A DNA stretch of 64,000 nucleotides from Mytilus californianus (taxonomy: Eukaryota): NCBI RefSeq assembly GCF_021869535.1, contig NW_026262690.1, positions 77,314,001 to 77,378,000 on the forward strand. The letters are read 5' to 3'. Numbering within the stretch: position 1 is the first letter of the stretch; each line of letters opens with the position of its first letter. The notes beneath the pieces were generated by a model that saw only the letters and a list, made by a program, of their open reading frames with translations, did not search any database and was not told the DNA's origin. The position numbers were made by a program, and so were the translations under genes. Of the stretch, positions 39,601 through 49,438 are shown in pieces.

Positions 39601-42600
39601 CCATGCATTTTATGTTTTAAAATGTGTTGTTTTCTTGACTTGTATACATGTATACATGTGTTTGATCTATTGTTGATTTGATGAGCTCAATAAGCTTGTG
39701 TTTTGGAGACTTTGTTGAACTGAGATATTCTTTTAATTTTATTCACTACTTTTCTAGACTCAGGGTGACATATTGTATAGACAATTAACTATCTTCTTTA
39801 TAACAGAAATTGTTGTCAGAGAAAATCTGTGTAATCTGTGTCGATCTGTCTGTCCTTTCCTAGCACGCTTGTTGCATTTTTCTCCACAACTACAAATCAG
39901 AGCTTTTTGGTAATTGGAACAAACTTATTACTGGTAAACTATACAGTGTACCATATTTTTAGATCTGTCACTTATTTAATACTTCCAGATTGGCAAATAC
40001 AAATGTAGATATCTATACCATGACAATGCTGGTAACAAGTGCTACCGCGGAGAGATCATTCAGTGTACTACGTCGGTTGAAAACATATATGATCAACCAT
40101 GAATAACGATTGGTTATCATCGCTAGCATTAATGCATATTCATCGGGATTTCAGTGTGAATATTGACAAAGTAATGGAGAAGTTCGTTTCTGCTTAGACC
40201 CGAAGAGCAGATTTTGGACAATTTTGAGTAAATTCTGTCTCACAAAAATGTGTTGCTTATGTATTCAATTTACCACGATTTACCCTATTCAAAAGAATTC
40301 AGAATAGTTTTGCATTCATGAATTGTCTACAAGTCCTATGTAGCACCTCTTTTTACCCTCCTATGACCGAAAACCGAAAAAAAAATATCATTTTTTGCAT
40401 AAAATGGTCCAAAAGATTTTCGCCTCGCTCCGCTCAGCGGTACATCAGCGTGCACATCATTTTAGTCTAGCTACGCCCCTGGTTTCTATAGATCATTATC
40501 GATATATTAGTATTATTGATATGTACACAAGATATGTCAGATAGTAGATACGGACTGCATTATTCTCATAATTCATCTTTATGAAAAGTATCTGAAAATT
40601 TTCAACGTGTTGTGTGCTTTATAATAGTAGAGAAGCTGATTCCAATTTTCAAGTCTTTAGTTTGAATAAAGGTATGCCAACTTGCCTCACTAATGAAAAA
40701 AAAGAATTAAACAGTTCTGCATTAAGGACTACCAACTCACACCACATATGAAAAGGAGTTTAATCCCAACGAATGAAGGTCTGCCAACTTGACCCACTGA
40801 TGAAAAAAAAAATTAAATCTTACTGCATTCAGGACTACCACTTTCATAAGTGGGGCGAGGAGGCAGGACAAAATTCAACAGGATTTTACCCTTTTTCATA
40901 GGTGGGGCGAGTTGTCATGGATTCCTAATTACAGTTAGCACTTTAATACCTTATATAAGTGCTACTACACTGTAGAGGGTACTCCAGTATCAGAGAGACT
41001 TTTGAATTCAAAATGTCCAAAATTACAGAAAAAATTATAACCCCTTTGTGTGATAAATATAAAATAAAGCTTATACTTAATAATAAATCTTACAAGGCAC
41101 TAAAACTATCTTCCTCTTTCGTAACAAATTGTTTAAATGATCTTAAATGCGAGAAGTAATCTATTGCAATAGATTTTCATTATACATGTATTTTATATTC
41201 ACATAATTGTTTGTATTTTACTACCATGTTTATCCATTCGATCATTACCATTTATTGTAAATGCGTTTGTGCCAATAAAATATTGTCTATTGTCTATTGT
41301 GACTGGTCACTTTATCAACTTTCTGTTTCTCTCATACTTGTAGGTTCCTAACATTGATGTGTAGCAGGAAAAATTCTGCTGGAGATTCGAGGATGCGGAC
41401 GACAGCTTATTCTAGTTTGTGAACTGATTTATACGGAGACGATAGATGCCAAATGCAAAAGCGCTATATAATATCTATGTAAATGAAAACCAAAAACAGT
41501 GAAAACAATATATAATTTAATCAACAATTACAACTTTTATTATGTAAATCCAAAGTAGAAATGGAGCAGTCAATGACTTCACTATTATACCCGTATTAAG
41601 AAGGCATATGGCAGATGCACTAACCTTGTAAAGGGTGGTTGGAAAGCACGGCTTTCCTAGGTTGGACTGAACGTCAGTCCTCAAGCAATTCAACATAACA
41701 ATTTCAAATCAATTATCTAAAATATATACGTTTTCCGAAGAAGGTAATTAAAGGTTCTGCGACGATGCAAATATTAAACTTTAGAATATGAATAAATATC
41801 TTTAACCAATGATTTCAAAATATCAATATCTATTCAATTTAACAAATATGTACTGAATAAGCTTCATGTAAATTATTAAATAAAGAAATATGAAATTTAT
41901 AGTTTTAAACAAGGGAAATAACAATGACATAATAATCCTAACTGCCACATTCCTCCCCCCTAAGACAAACGATAAATTTCATAAATAAAGTCTGCAAACT
42001 GAAATGTCTATCAAATTGATGTATCTGCCACACTAAACACGCAAAATGCAAATGTCATGTAAAATAAATATGAATAATTTGTAATGATTAAACATTAAAT
42101 CTAATATATATCAGTTAAAGTTAAATAATGAGACTGTTCAAGGAGACCACAACACCAGTCTGATACCCTCCTCCTCCCTTCAAAAACCAATGTAAATGAA
42201 ATAACATTTGAAAATTTAAATTTAACAAAAGTCTATCAATGTTCACCAGATTAAATGTCTTTCAAACACATGTAATAATATCACTTAGAAATAAATGTCA
42301 CTGTATAACACATACACAAACACACATCAGAATCAGAATCAGGTTCATCTGTTAACGGACGCGACTTTAAGTCTTCTTGGTAAGTAGGCTTCATATTCAG
42401 TGGTACGGCATATATTGTAATGGCACATCTAATGTTGAAATCCATGAAAAGTTATACCAGGCAATGTCTACCAATTTTGATCTCACAGTGGCACATTTGA
42501 CGTGTACCACCGGGTTCTATTACTGCACTCCAACGTTGTTGATAACGGTAACACAGACGTTGTGCCACCGATTGAAAGCACCATTCAGCTGAACAAAATA

Positions 42601-45600
42601 TACTGTTTCTGATCTGCACAGCAGACCTAGACTTGCAATTTAAGTTGTACCAGGTAATCTCCACCACTGTTGATCTCACAGTGGCACATTTGATGTGTAC
42701 CACCGGGTCCTATTACTGCATTCCAGCGTTGTTGATAACGGTAGCACAAATGGTGTACCACCGGGTCCTATTACTGCATTCCAGCGTTGTTGATAACGGT
42801 AGCACAAATGGTGTACCACCGGAGATGGATCGGGTCCATCTATATGCAAGGTTCTCAAAATAAAGTTGGACGATGCCCAACTGTTATAGCAAGGTTCTCA
42901 AAATAAAATGTATGATGCCCAAATTTTGTGCAAGTTACTAAATAATGGATCGGGTCCATCTGTATGAGCTAGAAGTGTTTCTAACTTGAAGCTTAACTTT
43001 CACTCTATTGGTTTCTGCCATAACTAATAAAAGTCAAGAGGTCGGACTTCTATAAACTCTCTAAATACTAAATATTTAGCTAGAGATTACAATCCAGACA
43101 AATGAGCAACAACTCATAAACAAACCAATTCCTACTAAAACTAGCTAACAGTCTACACTTCAAACTACACAGAAGATCAGCCTTTATTCAAGTAATAATA
43201 AAAATGAAAAATATAACAAGATGAGATGCACGGCATCCCTCCCTTGGAAAAAGAAAAACCAAACAGCCAAAATTGAGGCGTATGACACCTCTGAGTATAC
43301 ATTGAAATAAATCTAAAGTAAAACTGTATATATACAACACAATGTAAAAACAAAAATTAAACAAAGGTAACACAATCTGAACTACAAAAATTGTGATTTA
43401 AATCGTTCTTTAATATCCCTTCTATTTTTGAGAATTTCACTTGACTATCTGCAGACCTTTCATCTCTAGCATGGACTCTAAGAGACACATTTGGACACTT
43501 AGACCTGACATGACCTAACTGATGACATTTAAAACATTTCTTATGTTTACGTTTCCTATGTGATCTCAGTCGCCTCCTCAAGATATTCATTAAAATTTCA
43601 AAATTCTTATGAACAGTATCACAACAAACTGAACTTTCTGACTCATCAATAGTTTCTGGATCACCAGTAAAATGAACAGCTTCATATTCAATAGCTAGTG
43701 ATAAAGCCTCGTTTAAACTATGAGGGTGCTTAAAAGTGACAAATTTAGTCATCTCAATATTCAAACATGATGTAAATAAGTCAGTAAAATACACATCTAA
43801 ATCTGAAAAATTATCAGGATAAGCCTTATGAGCTAGTATCTTGAAACGCTGACCAAAGTCAGAAATTGTCTCATTTTCCTTCAAACTACACAGTCGCAGT
43901 TGAAATTTAAAATATGCCTCCCTCTCCTTAGGATTGAACCTCTGAATAAGTAAATTTTTCAAGCAGTCATAATCATACAACTGTGGCCTTTTTACGAAAC
44001 GTAAAATAGTTTGAGCATCACCTCTCAAATTCATTATTAACTGACATTCCATCTCAAATTCATTCCACTGATTCCAAAGAGAAACTGTCTCAAAATGAAC
44101 AAAATAATCTGTAACATCAATGCGGACACCATCAAACAAACAAGGTTTTTCTTCAAACCTAATCATAACTCAATATGCATTTACAAAATGAATCAAACGA
44201 TGAAAATAAAATACCCAAGGAACAACTATCCGCCCAATTCTTCAAAACTGGTCTGCTTAGGACTATCATATCCAACTACAAGTACTGACTCAAATGTTTG
44301 CTCCATTTCTTATAAATAATTTAGTTCAGTTACAAACCAGAAAAGTTGCTTTATAACTCCGCATCCGCCTCGCGGGACCTACATGTAGCAGGAACAATTC
44401 TGCTGGAGATTCGAGGATGCGGACCACAGCTTATTCTAGTTTGTGAACTGATTTATACGGAGACGATGGATGCCAAATGTAAAAGCGCTATATAATATCT
44501 ATGTAAATGAAAACCAAAAACAGTGAAAACAATATATAATTTAATCAACAATTACAACTTTTATTATGTAAATCCAAAGTAGAAATGGAGCAGTCAATGA
44601 CTTCAATATTATACCCATATTAAGAAGGCATATGGCAGATGCACTAACCATGTAAAGGGTGGTTGGAAAGCACGGCTTTCCTAGGTTGGACTGAACGTCA
44701 GTCCTCAAGCAATTCAACATAACAATTTCAAATCAATTATCTAAAATATATACGTTTTCCGAAGAAGGTAATTAAAGGTTCTGCGACGATGCAAATATTA
44801 AACTTTAGAATATGAATAAATATCTTTAACCAATGATTTCAAAATATCAATATCTATTCAATTTAACAAATATGTACTGAATAAGCTTCATGTAAATTAT
44901 TAAATAAAGAAATATGAAATTTATAGTTTTAAACAAGGGAAATAACAATGACATAATAATCCTAACTGCCACAGATGCATGTATCATGTGTATAACAAAA
45001 TGTTGTATCATTTTCATACATTCCTAATACATTTGTGTACATGTACTTAGTACCAATTTTAGTATGGTAAGCTTAAATGTGTGCTAATCTACTTTGTTAG
45101 AACCATCATGATCAAATTCAAGCAGACATAACTCACTAAGTTTTATGAGAAACATAGTTTACATTATTTTTCATTTAAATAGTAGTCTAGTTTGTGGCAG
45201 TGGAATAATATGTTAGATAATTTCTCTCATTACTAAAAGTATTTGGAACTGTGGAATGCTCAAAGGACTTGAAATGTAAACAGCAAAAGTAACAAATTCA
45301 TATGAATAAATAGTGCAGGGTACGTAAGCGAAATAGAAACATAAAGAACATCTTGTGGGCAAATTGTGTAAGTATATAAAGTGTGGATAATTGTTACCAA
45401 TATGCCTTGTGAATCCAGAGTAAAATAACATTCTCTCCGATGTTGTTGTTTTTCCGGCATTGATGTGGGCCATGATGCCAATATTTCTGATATTTTGCAT
45501 TGGTTCATCCTTTAGACCTGGTTTTGGTGCGGACGACTTTAAACGTTTAAAATGTTTACAGAAGCATGTTAATTTGTGCAAACAGTATCGCCTGTACATC

Positions 45601-45641
45601 ATTTGAGATTTTTGATGAATCTTGTGGAGGTTATGGAACAT
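33640..45641 (-). CDS. GFM2: Mitochondrial ribosome-releasing factor 2 / elongation factor G2 (about 757 aa, 8 coding exons)
   Basis: Exons 45641-45398, 39368-39240, 38239-38159, 37572-36779, 36462-36220, 35640-35286, 34599-34433 and 33900-33640 total 2274 nt in frame. Motifs: [62 protein letters not shown] single G-domain and EF-G domains II-V are present, and the divergence pattern fits GFM2 rather than GFM1. Confidence 0.92.
39985..40481 (+). mobile_element. hAT transposon 3' remnant (dimerisation domain plus TIR)
   Basis: From 40020: [23 protein letters not shown](M), frameshift, [19 protein letters not shown], typical of the hAT C-terminal dimerisation domain. GCTACGCCCCTG at 40470-40481 is a plausible 3' TIR. 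Confidence 0.75.
40950..41300 (+). mobile_element. CR1/L2-like LINE 3' remnant
   Basis: [14 protein letters not shown] resembles the H.LL.C..Y...R ORF2 C-terminus. It is followed by AATAAA and a short tandem tail (TATTGTC)n. Confidence 0.5.
41360..44973 (-). mobile_element. Gag-only (non-autonomous) Ty3/Gypsy LTR retrotransposon in GFM2 intron 1
   Basis: Direct 590-bp LTRs at 41360-41949 and 44384-44973 (TG...CA, about 7 mismatches by eye). 4-bp TSD GATG at 41356-41359 and 44974-44977. Polypurine tract (minus strand CTTAGGGGGGAGGAA) abuts the 3' LTR at 41950-41964. PBS-like sequence at 44368-44383. Confidence 0.92.
43357..44166 (-). CDS. gag: Retrotransposon Gag with CCHC zinc knuckle (269 aa)
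   Basis: Intact ORF with Gypsy capsid signature FDG...[14 protein letters not shown]...[27 protein letters not shown] and [14 protein letters not shown]. It ends in a stop with no protease, RT or integrase motif recognised downstream. Confidence 0.9.
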   Translation of the reverse strand: MIRFEEKPCLFDGVRIDVTDYFVHFETVSLWNQWNEFEMECQLIMNLRGDAQTILRFVKRPQLYDYDCLKNLLIQRFNPKEREAYFKFQLRLCSLKENETISDFGQRFKILAHKAYPDNFSDLDVYFTDLFTSCLNIEMTKFVTFKHPHSLNEALSLAIEYEAVHFTGDPETIDESESSVCCDTVHKNFEILMNILRRRLRSHRKRKHKKCFKCHQLGHVRSKCPNVSLRVHARDERSADSQVKFSKIEGILKNDLNHNFCSSDCVTFV

Positions 45642-46059
45642 CTAAAAGTTACACCAGCATACGGACGTAGACTGGATGAATCCGGATAATAAAATTCACA
45701 ATCTTTTCTGAGGTTTTTTTGCTAGCTATTAACATGATCCATATCAAAAATATAGTCTGCCCCTCTATGTATCCTTATTTATGTTTGTTATAAAAGCTAT
45801 ACTACCTATTATTAGTAAAGGTTAATTCATATAAAAATTCTGTATGTATATCCGATATGTTTATATAGTTGATTTGAGTAGCATAAGAAAGTAAGCTGTT
45901 TATAATGGCCCAACTTGATAAGTAATCTAGTTAAAAAAATCTTTTAAAACTATTTAGTTCTGTTTACCCTCCGACCCTGACCAAATATGAAAACTGTAAA
46001 CTGATGAATAAACATGTAATTTTGTTCTTTTTGAATTTGCTTCACTCGCCGTGTTTGAA

Positions 46060-46930
46060 CTTTCTTTTAAGCCGGTATACTTTTATGTCCTTCAGTTTTA
46101 GTCAATGACATAGCTCTTCAACTGCTTCGGTTCTTATACATCCTTGGCTTTCAAATATTCGGTTTTGAGCGTTCGAATTCCTAACTGAAGGTAAATCTAG
46201 AAAAGCGCTTCGAACTTGACGCATAAAATTTATAAAATGTTCAGTGTTTTCATTTTTTTACAACACCGAGTCGATATCGCTGCTGGTAGACTATCAGTCC
46301 CCGAGGTATCAATAGCTCAGTAGTCAGTACTTTGGTGCTGACATGATTAATGAGGGGGTGGACAGCTTTTAAGGGAGGTGGGAGGTGGGGGGGGGGGGGG
46401 GGGGGGGGGAGAGAAAAAAATAGGTGGGAGAGAAAAAAGATTCTAAAAGTGGGAGGTGGGAGATAGGGGCGGGAGGTGGGAGAAGGGTATCCCCCTGTGC
46501 ACCCCCTCATTAATAACAAACCTTTCTTAAATTGTGACTTTGCCCGTTTAAAAATTTATTAATTATTTTAAAAAAATCTAAGGTTGCAACTCTCTCAGGC
46601 AAAGTTGACCTTAGATGAATTTGGCTATTATTTCTAGGTCGTTTTTTGTTATATAGCTCTTCAAATGTTTCGGTTCTTATGCATCTTTGGCTTTCAAATA
46701 TTCGGTTTTGAGCGGTCCTGCTGAAGTTAAATCCAGAAAAGCGCTTCGAACGCATGCAATTTATAAAGTGTTGCTTTCATTTTTACAGCACTGGATCGAT
46801 ACCACTGCTCAGTTCCTAAGGTATCATCAACTCAGCAGTCAGTACTTTGGTACTGACATGATTTATGACAAACTTTTCTTAAATTGTGATACGAAACTAA
46901 GGTTTCAACTCCCTCAGGCAAAGACTTTTC
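46060..46930. repeat. Two tandem copies of a ~300-bp interspersed repeat
   Basis: GGTTCTTAT.CATC.TTGGCTTTCAAATATTCGGTTTTGAGCG...AAAAGCGCTTCGAAC at about 46128 and 46672. Confidence 0.75.
46346..46514. mobile_element. G-rich mini TIR insertion
   Basis: ATTAATGAGGGGGTG ... CACCCCCTCATTAAT. The paralogous repeat copy near 46850 shows the empty site GACATGATTTATGACAAAC. Confidence 0.8.
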
Positions 46931-47334
46931 ACAAGAGTTCAGCAGGTCACATGTTTTCATCCTTTTGATTGTGACATGCTTTAGACGTCCTGTGTCATAT
47001 ACAAAAAAAATCTTACTGATTCAGGAGGTTTCATTATGATAGAACTTCACTTGACTGATACTCTTAAAAAATAATATTATTGCTTATTCATTAATATTCG
47101 CGTGCTACCAATTTCCGTGGAGTTCATGTGTGAGTGGAAAACACGAGCTCAAATACTTAGCGGTTAAAACGTTTAAGTACATTTGATAGGAATTAATGAT
47201 GAAAGCACGAAAAAATGTATTCCTCGAAATATCAATTGTATCTCAACCGTGAAGTGTATACGAACAAAGATGATATATAAATCTATAGTAATTGCATGAT
47301 TTCCCTTGTTGTTTCAATTCAATCTTAACTTTTA

Positions 47335-47475
47335 CTAGGATTGTCAGTTTTCCTACTGAAGGTCGGTGGTTCTCTCTCTTGGCACTCCGGCTTCCTAAAA
47401 AAACTGACCGACACGAAATAGCACAATAGTGCTCGGAAAGTGGCATTAAAAACCAATCAATCAATCAATCAATCG
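47335..47475 (+). mobile_element. SINE 3' half with V-domain-like core (second copy at 30685-30820)
   Basis: GGTCGGTGGTTCTCT..GGCACTCCGGCTTCCT...CTGACC..CACGAAATAG..CAATA...GAAAGTGGCATTAAA with a (CAAT)n tail at both sites. Confidence 0.55.
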
Positions 47476-48849
47476 TAGTTGTTTCAACAGAGACATATAA
47501 TATATATATATTGTATTATATGTCTCTGGTTTCAGGAAGAATATCTTTCAGTGCAAAATTCGATAAAATTTAGTAAAATCTGGCTACACTCCACAATACA
47601 TGACGATAGAACCGTCGAGTGTAACTTGACAGACAACCTATGTAATAATAAGGCAGAATTCAACAATGTACACAAAAGTTCAGTGTAGCCAGAGATATAT
47701 ATGTGTACATATTTCTCTGGTGTAGCGTATGAAAAAAAATTAATTCAAATTGTTTCAGATAAACACGAAAAAGATGGACAACGAATTTCGGCCGACAATA
47801 GCTTCTATTCCGCAAATGTGAACAACGTGGGCTTGGAAACAATGATAGTTAGAGAGCATTAACTACGAGCTGAATTTTTTTCATGTTTTTGCAGTTTCTA
47901 ATAATTATCAATAACCAAATATTGAATACTAATTCGTTATTAGCTGTCAGTTTGGTTCAATAACATGAACGGTACCAATTTTTCTGCACCAGATGCGCAT
48001 TTCGACAATAAATGTTTCTTAGGTGATGCTCGAGGCCAAAATATTTGAAAATCCAAAACTTGCTTAAAAATATTTGCCAAAGTAAGCTCCAAAACTTCAC
48101 CGATACATTGTTTACTCGCAAAGCAATAATTCAACTCCATCAAATCCATCTGCATGCGACCTGTTATTCACCTCAGTTGAAGATAATTACGCATATGCTC
48201 ATCATGTTCGGTTATTGAAAAAAATATTGCCAGCTGAAGTGACACTATGAATTCAATGGGAAGACCGATAACACTGACTATATTGTTTTTATTATAAAAT
48301 TCTGACATACATCATTCTAACACCGAACATTAGTCGATCTCTATTCGTCTAGTCGCAACTCTAGTAGAATCTAAGTATTGGCAAATGAAATGTCTCTGGT
48401 CTAGAAGACAGTAGAGTAAAACCGAAAAGTTTAAAAGTAACACTGTGAGTGTAAAAGATGTAAAAAAAGAACAAAATTGCATGTTTAAAGTTCACGTACA
48501 GTTTTCATATTTTGTCAGGAGAGTAAATAGAACTTGATGTATTGAAAATACTTTTTGAACTAGATAACGAAATTACGTACCAAGTTGGGTCATATATAGA
48601 TAACTTACTTGCTTATGCTAATAAAAATTTTACAACTCTAACATATTTGTGATACCGCATACTGAATCAACCTTTACTAATAATAGGGTGTATAACTTTT
48701 ACAACTTAGAGGCAGTGTCGTAGTCTTAGTGTCCTTTGTAATAGATGTATTATGTTTATGGTTGACTAAACCAACTTTAAAACCGCCATATTTATTATTT
48801 TAAGTGAATCTAGAAGCACGCTAGAAAAATATCTAATATACAGATTATA

Positions 48850-48967
48850 ATGGCTAGGAAAGACAACCGTCGGAATATATGTATGGTTTTGTGTTTTGTG
48901 ACAGTAGTCATTATTGCATTACTTGCTGTAGTTATATACCTTGCCACCAGGGGTTCTATCTGTCCAG
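48850..48967 (+). CDS. Upstream exon encoding a signal-anchor peptide, in frame with GALM
   Basis: MARKDNRRNICMVLCFVTVVIIALLAVVIYLATRGSICP ends at the strong donor CAG|GTAAGT in phase 1. The GALM acceptor TTACAG|AAAGTGAAATG (49430/49431) continues in frame as E-S-E-M. The exon is preceded by acceptor-like ATACAG at 48843. Confidence 0.7.
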
Positions 48968-49438
48968 GTAAGTAAAGCTTGTGTTATTATTTACAAATCT
49001 TTTTATAGATAAATATTCTTACATAACAAGGTCATTACTATTCTATAGTAAGACAAGACAGACGTTATACATTCCGTTTGAATTCACTTTTAATTCCGAG
49101 AAAAACAGTATATATAAACCTTAAGATAGATTCATTTGATATCTAGTTGTTTAGATCAATCACTCGTTTGTATCCAAATTTAAAGTAATTATAGTAACTC
49201 CACAGATTCGTGAAAGGTCACTGCTTAAATGCAACTGAAAATGCTCAATTTTCCACTCAAAAACAAACACTTTTTGTGTAGTATGATGCTAATAGTACGA
49301 GGTCATCATAGTTGTTATTCAGTAGTATGATATGATACTTCAAACATAGAGTAAATACAAATAGTGGTTTTCAATGGTTTTGTGTATGTGTATACTAGTG
49401 AGTAACACCTTGTCGTGATTGTCTTTACAGAAAGTGAA

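Noticed and set aside
44355-44425. Tf1-style self-priming as the main explanation of the odd PBS
   Set aside because: The complementary sequence lies in U5 rather than at the inferred transcript 5' end, and a degenerate tRNA-Gln match is simpler. It is kept only as an alternative.
33640-45641. GFM1 or GUF1/LepA identity
   Set aside because: EF-G domain IV is present, which excludes LepA. The degree of divergence and motifs ([27 protein letters not shown]) fit GFM2 better than the highly conserved GFM1.
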